Shown here: positions 36,645-46,771 of the stretch, one piece after another | How the letters are laid out: each line of letters opens with the position of its first letter | Numbering within the stretch: position 1 is the stretch's first letter | Assembly: GCA_049512935.1 (NCBI GenBank) | Contig: JBEKWR010000006.1 | Span: 85,934-149,933, forward strand | Origin: Candidatus Bathyarchaeia archaeon | GTDB lineage: Archaea; Thermoproteota; Bathyarchaeia; Bathyarchaeales; Bathycorpusculaceae | Reading direction: 5' to 3' | Length of the DNA: 64,000 nucleotides | Translations under genes and position numbers: made by a program | Notes under the pieces: model-generated | Seen by the model: the letters and a program-made list of their open reading frames with translations, nothing else | The model's database searches: none | Told to the model about the DNA's origin: nothing

Positions 36645-37858
36645 GAATTAATGAGGTAAAAGTAAAGTCGATTGATGACAGTTCAAAGTTCCTTTATCCT
36701 AACAGGACGATCGAAATCAAAACCTCAAAACAAGATATCTTGACGCCAATCAGAGCTTCAACCGATTCTGAGTATAGACAAAAAGCACTAATACCCACAG
36801 ACCTTCCCATAGAAAATCCCATCTCGATTGCAATTGAAGAATTAAACGCAAGGCAATTCGACAAGTTTATGAATGAAAATGGGTATTTTGCTAAGCTAAC
36901 TAGCCGTGCTGAACTGAAAAACCGCCTTTCACAATACTCAAACCTTAGTTTGTTTTTGCTCAAACCAACCAAATCCGACATAAAGGACCAGATAACAGGC
37001 GAAATTCGCTTTTCACCGATGACTCTTCTAAAACAAAATCCAATGCTACTCGAACGTTTTTTAAGAGTTAACGTTAGAATGCAACAAGAGGCTGGATTAA
37101 GCCCAATTTCGATCCCGTTCATTGACTTACCGTTTAAGGAATATTCAAATCTGATAATCAAACTTGATAGGGACTTAGAAAAAATAAATGAGCAACCAGT
37201 ATTTTTCATTGATATGAATTACAAAGATTTTGAAAAAGCCCTAAAATTAATTGTTAACACACTGAGACTTAATCTAGTTGGTTTGTATTTTCAATCTTAT
37301 CGACGCGCTCACATTAGCTATGAAGTGCTACGAAATTTTGTAAGGACCGATGTCGCTTTTTTCGCTATACAAGTTGAAAGAGTTGGATTAAATGAGCTTT
37401 CCACAATGCATTATCTTCCATTCTTCGGAAACGATATTTATTCCGTTGAGAAACCAAGAGGTTTTTTGGAGATAGACCCATTAACTGGTAAACCTAAGAA
37501 GTTCATGATTTATAAACCCGAAAACGTTCGATTGTTTGATAAGAAAAGTTTGCAAGTCAGACATATAGCCGCTGACCCTTCTTTGGTTGAAAATTTGTCA
37601 GACGAATATAGGCAAGATCCTTTAATACCGACTGTTTTGCAAAACTATCAAGAAGCGACAACAAAAGAAAAATACGAAATTTTAAATGCTTTTTCAAAAA
37701 TAAGCGAACTCAACGACAGCTCGTTGGAGTTTAAAAATTTCCAAAAATTCATTAAACAAAATTCTACAAAAGACTATATTGATGAAAAGCCTGCTCTGAA
37801 GAAAACTTTGCGGGACGTTACAGGGCACCAGGTAAACGTTAACTGGAACTTCACTTGA
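36641..37858 (+). CDS. hypothetical protein, divergent TGT-like TIM-barrel
   Basis: RTIEIKT..ILTP N-terminus, MQQEAG..ISIP, FFGNDIYS, C-terminal EL..EF..I..Y helix; ATGA-coupled to the wHTH gene; fold is inference. Confidence 0.55.
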   Translation: MRINEVKVKSIDDSSKFLYPNRTIEIKTSKQDILTPIRASTDSEYRQKALIPTDLPIENPISIAIEELNARQFDKFMNENGYFAKLTSRAELKNRLSQYSNLSLFLLKPTKSDIKDQITGEIRFSPMTLLKQNPMLLERFLRVNVRMQQEAGLSPISIPFIDLPFKEYSNLIIKLDRDLEKINEQPVFFIDMNYKDFEKALKLIVNTLRLNLVGLYFQSYRRAHISYEVLRNFVRTDVAFFAIQVERVGLNELSTMHYLPFFGNDIYSVEKPRGFLEIDPLTGKPKKFMIYKPENVRLFDKKSLQVRHIAADPSLVENLSDEYRQDPLIPTVLQNYQEATTKEKYEILNAFSKISELNDSSLEFKNFQKFIKQNSTKDYIDEKPALKKTLRDVTGHQVNVNWNFT

Positions 37859-38019
37859 GGGCCCAAGAAGTGGGCTCGCAAAGTAAGAATTTCGGATAGG
37901 ATTGTTATTGTGGCCCAACTTGGCTTTGTGAGGCACGCAAAGACAAGTATCTAAATTAGACATAAGAGGCACGAGGCAAAAGTTTTAAGTTTAGTAATCT
38001 GTATTTTGGTGGTGTTGTA

Positions 38020-39051
38020 TTGTCTTATTCACGGTTTCTTATTGCCAACATCACATGGAATGATTCAGGTTGGAAGAATATATACGTGAATCCTAAAGCG
38101 GGTCATCTTTATGCAAAGACTCATCCTGGGCATGAAACGCTTAATTTCAAATTTGACAAGAAGGGAATCGATACTTTAGACAAAGTATATGGATATGTTC
38201 AATGGGTCGGCGCTCCGACTAGGCTGGACAAGGAGGCAGTTATCTTCTTCTACACAAAAAACCTTACAAGTTGGACAAATGAAATCGTTGGAGTTTATGG
38301 CAATGTCGAAGTCATAAAGCCTGCACTGGAAACCGCCTGGCTAGGATTTGAGAATGGTAAACTTTTTTCAAACATAGTGGCTGACAAGAATCTATCATTA
38401 CTCTTTCCGGTGCCGCTGGACGCAGACAAGTATTTGAGTGGCAAAAGGCTTGTTCCAGAAGCTGGATTTAGATACGTTAACTTGGGTCTCGCTCGACAGA
38501 TAATAGCAGATGAACTCGAGAAAGCAACATTGTCAGGGATAGCAAGAGAGCATTTTGATAAATTGGTCAGAATATTCGAATTCGTCACTGGGGAGACTTA
38601 TGAAGAGAACTACCCAGCCGATAAATCAGTCACTCAACAAATTGAACTTGAGAAAGAAATTCTGAGGGACCTTACGGGCGAGAAGCGAAAGAAGTTGATC
38701 GAGGAGTTGAAGGCGCTAACTCCTTCAATGTCTCAGCAGGTTGTAATAAATGGCAAGACATATGATAGAGACAACAAAACTATCGTAGCCCTCAAGATTC
38801 TGCGCGACTTCAAATGCCAAATATGTGGAAACTCAATTTTGAAAAAGAACGGTGAGCATTACGTCGAAGCCGCACATATAAGAAGAAAAAGCGAGAAGGG
38901 CCCAGAGACTCCTGACAACATTCTAGTACTATGCCCAAACCATCACAAGGAGTTCGATTTGGGTAACAGGAACTTAATCAATCACTCTGCCGAAAGAATT
39001 GTCTTTGAACTAAATGGTAACAAATATGACATTGACCTTTCTCTCAGCTGA
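38020..39051 (+). CDS. HNH endonuclease with uncharacterised N-terminal domain
   Basis: CQICG..YVEAAHI..DNILVLCPNHHKEFD. Confidence 0.88.
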   Translation: MSYSRFLIANITWNDSGWKNIYVNPKAGHLYAKTHPGHETLNFKFDKKGIDTLDKVYGYVQWVGAPTRLDKEAVIFFYTKNLTSWTNEIVGVYGNVEVIKPALETAWLGFENGKLFSNIVADKNLSLLFPVPLDADKYLSGKRLVPEAGFRYVNLGLARQIIADELEKATLSGIAREHFDKLVRIFEFVTGETYEENYPADKSVTQQIELEKEILRDLTGEKRKKLIEELKALTPSMSQQVVINGKTYDRDNKTIVALKILRDFKCQICGNSILKKNGEHYVEAAHIRRKSEKGPETPDNILVLCPNHHKEFDLGNRNLINHSAERIVFELNGNKYDIDLSLS

Positions 39052-39322
39052 AATGAGCCGACCTGCATTTAAATCCACTAAGAAGATCAGCCTTGGCTGC
39101 TAGCGTCAGCTTTTCTTTATATTCAATCCCTTAGGGTTCGTACCTGTAGTTCATTGAACTTAAAAGATAGATGAACAAACTGCCTACGAAGCGCAGTGTA
39201 GGGGTAAATGAAAGTGAATATCTCCCCTCTAAAAACAAAAGCATTATTAAATTTGGCTGAATTTAATGATAGCAAGAGCTGGAACCAATAAGTTTAAGAA
39301 GCAACCGCTCTGAGAACTTTTT

Positions 39323-39761
39323 GTGGACGCAAACTTAGAACGCTTTAGGACTGAGACGAAACCGTTTGTCGATGATTGGCGGTCGATCGACATTCGAGTA
39401 ATCGCGTCTCAAGTAGCTGACACATGGATGCTGGCGGTAGAATGCACAGAACAGGAGATTGACATAAGCAATAGACTCTCAAAACTTGCCACAAGAACAA
39501 AACTTAGTTGCTGCTATACCAAATATTTCTATCTTACCTGTCATAAAGTTCGCAAGAGCGATGCTCAATGATGCTGATAAAGAAAAAGCAGAAAAAGAAA
39601 AGATAGGCATCCTTACATTAGATAATTTCGAGGGCTTACCTCAATTGGCCATTGAAGGCGGCGATTCAAATAAGGTCCGTGACTTTAGTCTGAGACTTGT
39701 TTTTGAGTTACTGACTGAGAAATCTATTCTATCTTGTCTCTTTTTGCAAGATTGCGCCTAG
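39323..39761 (+). pseudogene. fragmented hypothetical gene
   Basis: Two overlapping protein-like ORF pieces in different frames. Confidence 0.3.
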
Positions 39762-39844
39762 CACAAAGTAGTTGGATATTTTCAGCAATAAGAGAGGACC
39801 CACCTTTGTGATGGCTATCAGTTGTAAATAGCCGATTTTGCAAT

Positions 39845-40090
39845 TATTTGTATGTTGAAAAAGCCTTGTTCCACATGAAAAGTGCGGATGCCGACTGCAT
39901 GTTGAACTATGTTGTTTCAAATTTGGGGCATATTAGAAGCATATTGTTGACCGGAAGGTAGAAGTTGCAAAAATACAAACGGAACGGTCCGAGGCGTGTT
40001 TTTTTTTGTCTATTCAGCTCGCTTAGATACACCTATTTGGATAGTCTAATGGACCGTAGGGGTAGGCGGGACGAAAAATGGAAAACAGGC
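39845..40090 (+). repeat. long inverted repeat, copy 1
   Basis: Reverse-complement match to 45325-45570; near-identical over the outer ~70 nt, diverging inward. Confidence 0.85.
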
Positions 40091-40403
40091 TTTTGCCTTG
40101 TTGTTGATGTTGTTGTTGATGAAACAATTATTTTTGCCGCAAACCGAAAGAACTAGCCTCTCAGACCAGTCGTCGTTGTTGAGGAGATAAAGGGCAATTT
40201 TCCTTCTTTCCAAAAAACATAACCTCTGGTTGGCTCAAACGGAGCAGGGTAGCATATATTGAAAAAATCCACCACAAAAAGCAAAAAAGGTTGTTGTTGA
40301 CGAACTATTTTCTCGCTTTCCAGAAATTAGAACGCACGCTTCAACAAAATGGGCATAATTACCACAACTTCCCTTTGTTACCCTGCAAAAACAGCAGAGG
40401 CAT

Positions 40404-40646
40404 TCAAGACCCAGATAAAACGCCGACTACTTTCATCCGTTCAACGGCTTCTTCACCGTGAGGCGCAATCTCCAGAGCCATCGTTAAATCCTGACCAGCC
40501 TCATGTCCCAAGTGGTCGCCGTCCAGCCACTGGCTCGAACCAGTTACGTCGTAAACCTTGCCCTTATAAGCGATGTAGGCAGGCTGCCCGTTTTTGCCGT
40601 TAAATTTGCTCAGGTCATCCATGGTGAACGTTTGCAGCTTCTCCAA
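40404..40646 (-). CDS. cytochrome b5-like heme/steroid-binding protein
   Basis: FTMDDLSKFNG, AYKGKVYDVT, W..G.H..H.AG.DLT, APHG. Confidence 0.92.
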   Translation of the reverse strand: MEKLQTFTMDDLSKFNGKNGQPAYIAYKGKVYDVTGSSQWLDGDHLGHEAGQDLTMALEIAPHGEEAVERMKVVGVLSGS

Positions 40647-40772
40647 AATCTCAACTCCTTAACTGTATATCTTGACCAAAAGTCAAAAACTCTAGTCGCA
40701 GTTAACAGGTATAACTCTTGCGGTTACGAAGTCCCCTTCGAAAACGCGTCTAAGCGCACATGATTTAGGATT

Positions 40773-41783
40773 TCACTGCCTGCCCTTGACTTGGAGCGTT
40801 TCCGCGGCTTTTTGCGCCCATTTTGAATCTTTCCACAAAGCTCTACCCACCGCTACCAAGTCAACTTTCCCGTCACGGATCAGCCTATCAGCGAATTCAG
40901 CATCGCGAATCCCGCCCACACCGATCACGGGAACCTTAACCGCCGCCTTAATTCGGCTAGCCTGCGGAACAAAATAGCCCACAACCCGCCGAAGCTGCTT
41001 TGGTTCGCTTCCACACATGCCGCCAGACACGTCAATCACATCAACCCCCGCCTGCTCCAGCCGAACGGCAAACGCGACGGAATCTTCAATTTGGGTTCCG
41101 TTAGGAGCCAAATCATCCGCTCCCAGCCTGTAGAGCAGCAACTTGTCGCTGAGGCTTTCTCGAACCTTCTTTACAACTAAAAGTGGAAAACGCATTCTGT
41201 TCTCCAATGAACCGCCGAACTCATCCGTTCGCTCATTTATCAGAGGTGAGAAGAACTGGTTAAGCAGGTACCCGTGCGCTCCGTGAAGTTCAACCCCGTC
41301 GAAACCAGCCTTAACCGCTCGTTCTGCTGCGGAAGCAAACTCCTCGGCGATGGCGTGCATCTCGCTGACTTCCAAGCTTCTGGTTTTGCCTCGTGCAGAA
41401 GGACCCGCGGGCTGGGCGCCGATGACTTTTTTGTTGGCAACTCCGCCTGCATGAGTAATCTGAATCACAGCCGGGGCGCCAACGTAATGAATTGACGTGG
41501 CAAGCTTCTCAAGGCCATTTATCAGCGAGTCATCGTAGATTCCCAACTGCTTTGGCCCGATCTTCCCGAACCGTGAAATGTACGAGTGCTCAATAATCGG
41601 CAACCCCACATAAGCCACGCGCCTCACGTAGAAGCTAATCAGCCTGCTTGTGACTTCTCCCTCAAACGAGGCTCGACCCGACTGCATCGGAGCCATAACA
41701 ATACGATTCCGCAAGGTTACGCTTTTCACGGGCAAAGGATCAAGAAGCCCCAACAGCCAACACCATGTCATTAGGCTTGCCAA
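40773..41783 (-). CDS. NADH:flavin oxidoreductase (OYE family)
   Basis: LRNRIVMAPM, GFDGVELHGAHGYLLNQF.SP..N.RTDEFGGS; start may be ~30 nt downstream. Confidence 0.93.
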   Translation of the reverse strand: MASLMTWCWLLGLLDPLPVKSVTLRNRIVMAPMQSGRASFEGEVTSRLISFYVRRVAYVGLPIIEHSYISRFGKIGPKQLGIYDDSLINGLEKLATSIHYVGAPAVIQITHAGGVANKKVIGAQPAGPSARGKTRSLEVSEMHAIAEEFASAAERAVKAGFDGVELHGAHGYLLNQFFSPLINERTDEFGGSLENRMRFPLLVVKKVRESLSDKLLLYRLGADDLAPNGTQIEDSVAFAVRLEQAGVDVIDVSGGMCGSEPKQLRRVVGYFVPQASRIKAAVKVPVIGVGGIRDAEFADRLIRDGKVDLVAVGRALWKDSKWAQKAAETLQVKGRQ

Positions 41784-42417
41784 GGAACTATAAGAACATA
41801 ATTCAAAGGAAACAAAAACGCGCTCAAGAACCCGCTGACTACCCTGCTTTAAGCCATTAACCAGCTTTCGGGTGCCAAGTGCTTATTTGGGCGGAAGAGG
41901 CGTGCGTGAACACTTGGCAAGGCTTGGAAGCATGGCACGTGAGCTATCCCCCCACATTTAAGCGCTGCATCATCCTTGGCAAACTGCCACTCCGACCAAC
42001 GCTTGTTTAATAGCTCAACAGGCTTTCTTTCAATTTTACCCTTGCCGTATCCACCTGAACCTCCTCCGCCTTAAGGAGTTATGTCAGCTTCGATGGCAAC
42101 TGATGGCTGTTGGCTTTTAGTGCATAGTGGCAAGTGTTAATTCGGTTTCGCATTGTTTTTTAGCGGCTGCCTTCGGCGATGGGCTCATCCTTTTTCACAC
42201 TATCGTGAGAATTACGATAACATATTAAAGGATTGTGTAGCTGCAAATAATACTTCGAACAAACATCAAGCGCTTCGAAATAAGAGCCTAAACGTAAGAT
42301 TTTCTTTCTTGGGTCGTTGTTTTCTTGCTTCTTACCGAGAGTATATCAACTATCAATTCACAATACACAATATTTATTTATCCGTTTTCAAGAATCGAAG
42401 TGTGTTGAGGCGCGGCT

Positions 42418-43440
42418 ATGAGTTATGGGCATCAGGGCTTGAAGGATAAGGCTGAGGCGAGTAGGGTTCAGGAGGTTTCTTCGCATAAGGAGGATAAGTT
42501 TAAGGTTACGGTGTCGTTGGATAAGGAGCGTCCGATGTCGAAGTCGCCGTTGTATGACAAGTATGCTATTCAGAAGTATGATTTGCATCCGAATTTCAGT
42601 TTTGCCAGTTTGGACGATATGATTCCTAAGGGCACGCCTGAGTACCTTGACCACGGGCAGCATTACGTTGAACGCATAGTGCGCGCGCTCTACTATTTCA
42701 AGCAGTGCAGCCTCATCGGGCCTTCAGGAACAGGCAAAACCCACATCGTCTACCTGGTCGCGGAACTCACAGGCCTGCCGATTTGGGAGGTTAACTGCGG
42801 CTTGTCCACGTCCAGTTTCGACTTGATCGGGCGGTTCATCGGACTTGGCAAGGAAAACTGGGTAGATGGCTTGCTGACTCAGTGGCTGCGGAAAGGCGGC
42901 ATCATGTACCTTGACGAGGCTAACATGATGAAGCAGGATGTCGCTACGCGTTTGAACCCCGTGTTGGACACGCGAGGTCACCTTGTTCTGAACGAGAAAG
43001 ACAGCGAGGTGATTGAGCGGCACAAGTACGGGTACATGATCATCAGCATGAACCCTGCCACCGCGGAGTTCTCAGGAACAAAGCCCCTTAACGCTGCGAT
43101 GAGGCGGCGCATGGCTGTGTGGATTAACTTTGACTTCTTAAGCGTCGGCGAAACCATCTCGCCCCATGAAGTAGACATGCTCAAGAAAAGAACAAAGATT
43201 GATCAGGACACGGCTTACAAGATCATTCAGGCAGGCGCTGAACTGCGACGGCAGTACAAGGCTGGAGATTTGCCTTACGGGCCTTCCCTTGGAGACTTGA
43301 TCAACTGGGGCATGCTGGTTTTTGACGGGATGTCTCCGGTTCCAGCAGCTGAAGAAACCATTATTGGGTTAACAAGCGACAACGTAGAAGTGCAGGCGGA
43401 TGTAAGAAGGATCATCGAGGCAGTTTTCAATAAATCGTAG
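42418..43440 (+). CDS. CbbQ/NirQ/NorQ-type MoxR AAA+ ATPase
   Basis: GPSGTGKT Walker A, MYLDEAN Walker B, SMNP, LNAAMRRR. Confidence 0.9.
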   Translation: MSYGHQGLKDKAEASRVQEVSSHKEDKFKVTVSLDKERPMSKSPLYDKYAIQKYDLHPNFSFASLDDMIPKGTPEYLDHGQHYVERIVRALYYFKQCSLIGPSGTGKTHIVYLVAELTGLPIWEVNCGLSTSSFDLIGRFIGLGKENWVDGLLTQWLRKGGIMYLDEANMMKQDVATRLNPVLDTRGHLVLNEKDSEVIERHKYGYMIISMNPATAEFSGTKPLNAAMRRRMAVWINFDFLSVGETISPHEVDMLKKRTKIDQDTAYKIIQAGAELRRQYKAGDLPYGPSLGDLINWGMLVFDGMSPVPAAEETIIGLTSDNVEVQADVRRIIEAVFNKS

Positions 43441-43461
43441 TAATTTGGGAGCCATTTCATT

Positions 43462-45174
43462 TTGGGTTTTATCGATTACGCCTGGGCAATTTCGCTCCAG
43501 AAAGACGATACCAAAGTGAAGATTCTTCCTGACCCCGCCTTAAATCAGCCCGTCCTGAAAAACGACGGGTTCGGCTTCACCATTAAACTTCCACCCGTGC
43601 AGAAGCTAGAAGACGGAAACTTTTCGTTCCTCGGATACACGTTTGACGCAGACAACGAAGGCAAAGCCAGAATAGGCAGACTTTTCAGGGCGTCTGTTTT
43701 GCACTTGACAGCTCACACTTTGGCTCCGTTCTCGAGAGAAAAAGTCGCGCCTAACAGTTCGGACTCGATAGTTGAGTCGTTCACCAGGTCGCTGATAAAC
43801 GACGTTTACGTTAACGCGTACATTCAGACTGAGTACCCTGAGAAACTCTTTGACGTCGCCTACGCAGCCGCGGTTGGCTACCAAAAAACAAAGTCTTTAG
43901 GAAGAATCTTCACGGTTTCAACAAAACTCATGACTGCGCTTCTGACAAAACTCAACGTTGGCTTGACGAAGGGTTCTCCCGGCGTGGAAGAAGAAAAAGC
44001 TTTGAATCAAATATTTGGCATTTTAATGGATCTTAAGGAAAAGTTCTTAACTTCCATGGCTGGCAGCCAAGTTAATCTGGACGGTTTATTCGATGAAAAC
44101 TTCAAGAGCATAAGAAGCTTGCTTGAACCTTTCGGCCCGTTTTTGGAGGCTCCATCGCTGAGGCATACGGAAAGCACTGGGAACTGCAGCATCTACACAG
44201 ACCTGTCTGGAAATGATGATTTTGACCAGTTATTTGTGCAGGCGTTAACGAACCTCGGCGGCACGATGCCCAATGTGAAAAGCGTGGATGAGTGTTGGAG
44301 ACCCGAGCAGGACGTAGAGTCGCTGCAGGCGTTCAACTCGGATTATTACCAGAAGCAAAGAGAAGAAAAAATACTTTCAAAAATCACTCCTTACGTTGCC
44401 TTGACCAAGTTCAACTCGGTTTCTTTCCCAGAGGAAGACTACACGCAGTACCTCAGGGCAAGAACTCTTGTGCAGGGGGCGAGCCGGCGGCTTCTTGACA
44501 TCCTCAGGTCAGCGTTCAACTACCTTGACGAAGACCCAAGGCAGGAGATGGGGCAGCTTGATTTACCCGCTGTAATCCAGGCTATGGCAAGCAACAAGCC
44601 TGCAACCGACGTGTTCGTGCTTGACCAGTATCTTAAGCCAAGTTTCGCCTGGTCGCTGATCTTTGACGTGAGCAACAGCATGCAGGTGAAGGGCGAGTAC
44701 GGTCGTGCGTTGGCGATAGCGGTGGCTGAGGCAGCGAAGGAGCTGATGATTGATGCCACGTCTTGGTCTTTCTTCGCGTTTAACGACAGATTGTACATCA
44801 TTAAGGACGGCACCGAGTCGTATTCGAAAAGGGCGAGAGCCAGAATCGGCGGGTTGAAGTTTGAAGGGCTAACTTTCCTTCCTGACGCGGTTACGATTGC
44901 GGGAAAAATGCTGGCGAAGCGGTTTGAGGAACAGCGGTGCCTCATTGTCGTGTCTGACGGTTGGCCTTACGGGTACCCTGACATGCCAACGCAGCTGAAA
45001 AGTTGCGTTGAGGACCTGCTTAGGAAGGGAGTAATAGTCATCGGGATCGGCGTTGAAACGGAACGCATGGGCAAATTCTTTCAGATACACGCCTCAGTTT
45101 ACACGCAGAAAGACCTCATCAACAAATTCGGGTCAATGTACGCCCACGCCTCAGAAAAAGCGCTTGAAACCTGA
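43462..45174 (+). CDS. vWA-domain partner (NorD/CbbO-like)
   Basis: MIDAS DVSNSM, GLTFL, VVSDGWP; follows the AAA+ gene. Confidence 0.85.
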   Translation: MGFIDYAWAISLQKDDTKVKILPDPALNQPVLKNDGFGFTIKLPPVQKLEDGNFSFLGYTFDADNEGKARIGRLFRASVLHLTAHTLAPFSREKVAPNSSDSIVESFTRSLINDVYVNAYIQTEYPEKLFDVAYAAAVGYQKTKSLGRIFTVSTKLMTALLTKLNVGLTKGSPGVEEEKALNQIFGILMDLKEKFLTSMAGSQVNLDGLFDENFKSIRSLLEPFGPFLEAPSLRHTESTGNCSIYTDLSGNDDFDQLFVQALTNLGGTMPNVKSVDECWRPEQDVESLQAFNSDYYQKQREEKILSKITPYVALTKFNSVSFPEEDYTQYLRARTLVQGASRRLLDILRSAFNYLDEDPRQEMGQLDLPAVIQAMASNKPATDVFVLDQYLKPSFAWSLIFDVSNSMQVKGEYGRALAIAVAEAAKELMIDATSWSFFAFNDRLYIIKDGTESYSKRARARIGGLKFEGLTFLPDAVTIAGKMLAKRFEEQRCLIVVSDGWPYGYPDMPTQLKSCVEDLLRKGVIVIGIGVETERMGKFFQIHASVYTQKDLINKFGSMYAHASEKALET

Positions 45175-45324
45175 GCCCCGAAAGATTTCAATTTTGTTTT
45201 GGTTTTTGGTTGTAAAAATGGGGTACCCCTATCGGGTAGGCGTCTACTAGACGTTATGTCTCCAGAAAAGAAGGAAAAAACTCCTTCATCATCAACAACT
45301 ATCGCGCAGACCGCTTAGCCTTCC

Positions 45325-45570
45325 CGCCAGTTTTTCTTTTTTCGTCCCGGCTACTCCTACGGTTTTCTAGATGAACCAAATAGCTGCCTATAGATGAGCC
45401 AAATAGACAAAAAAAGCACACCTCGGGGCGTTCCGCTTGTGTTTTTGCAACGCCACCCTCCCGGTCAACTATATGCTTCTAATAGGCTCCAAATATGATT
45501 CAACATAGTTCAACATACAGTCGGCATCCGCACTTTTCATGTGGAATAAGGCTTTTTCAACATGCAAATA
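45325..45570 (-). repeat. long inverted repeat, copy 2
   Basis: For example cagtcggcatccgcacttttcatgtggaa is the reverse complement of 39869-39897. Confidence 0.85.
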
Positions 45571-45863
45571 GTTCAATTACGTTTGGTTTAAGACAAGGCT
45601 TTAGCGCTTTCCCAAGATAGGCAGTCGTGAAGCCCAAGCGCCATAAGCAAAACAGGTTTTCTGCCCTCCACAAAAGAGAGCGAACCAAAGAAAGCCCGTG
45701 AAACCCGTCCGTATCAAAAGCAAACCAATTCTGCTGGACAGGGAGCGAGTGGGCAGCGAAGTTTTTGGGTATCAAACCTTTGCGTCCATGCAGGCTGCGA
45801 GTTTGCAGGCGTGTTAGCTTTGAGCGCGCGCGGTTTATCTTTATGAAAGGGAATGGTTATTTT

Positions 45864-46136
45864 TCATTTGGATACTCCTGTTGATTTGCTGTCACTTGGT
45901 GTGCAAGCATCAAATATTATTCCTATTTTAGTTCTGTTAACGTAGGCGATTAATGTAAACTCGATAATTCCGCCATTCAAGCTGACGATGATGTAGGACC
46001 ATTCTCCCAAAAAGGGGAAAATGATTACATAAATAACGATGTTTAATGCGAAAACGGTTAAGCCTATGATATTATATTTTATGTAACGCCAAAGCCATTT
46101 TTTGAATAGTGCTCTAGACTTACTCATCCGCTTCAT
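45864..46136 (-). CDS. small membrane protein (GtrA-like)
   Basis: RYIKYNIIGLTVFALNIVIY. Confidence 0.6.
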   Translation of the reverse strand: MKRMSKSRALFKKWLWRYIKYNIIGLTVFALNIVIYVIIFPFLGEWSYIIVSLNGGIIEFTLIAYVNRTKIGIIFDACTPSDSKSTGVSK

Positions 46137-46771
46137 CTCTCCTTTAAGGAACTATTAGATATTGGATACAGAGTTAATAATTTTTAGCGGAGAACTAGCC
46201 AAAATCAGTCTTTCACTTGATGTCTGGATATTCTACGCTTATGCAGATTTAAGACTTATTGCCATGAGAATTTGACTTAGAGGGTTCACCAAGAGACTGA
46301 GAATAGTTTCCCAGTTCTTGGCTAATAGAGGCTTTCTCTTTTTCCCTCTGCAATTCTGAAGGAGTATGAAATAGAATAAAAGCCATATTCCAAGAAATGC
46401 AATATTTGGTAGCGCGTACCTACCTGAGTTTTTTACTGTGCATCTGCTAATGCTCCATGCTTCAATGTACTCTGGAAACTGTGAAAGGAAAATAGGAAGC
46501 TACGCTATGCAGATTTAAGACTTACCTCTAAGTTTCCAGCTTACTGAGTTCCGCTTTTAAGATGAAAGTTCGTTTCGGGAAAAACTGACAGCGTCAAGTT
46601 TACCCAAAACAGCCTTATCGTTGCGACTTTTCAGATACTCTGCTTTTAATAGAAACATCCAGGCTTAGAAATGCCATCTTAAAGCAAATACGGAATTTCT
46701 CCCTTTGGCTGAGTTTCTAATCGCTTAAACCATTTAGTAAAATTTCGTTGGTAGAATGTCCCAATAAGCTT

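Noticed and set aside
28824-37858. Complete dpd 7-deazaguanine DNA modification system
   Set aside because: No dpdB/dpdC, queC or queE; folE2 and queD are explained by the mptE/mptG context; the TGT-like protein lacks canonical motifs
41790-42400. Possible SRP or RNase P RNA, or a small gene, in the long intergenic gap
   Set aside because: No conserved SRP or RNase P motifs; the open frame on the minus strand lacks a start and any recognisable homology
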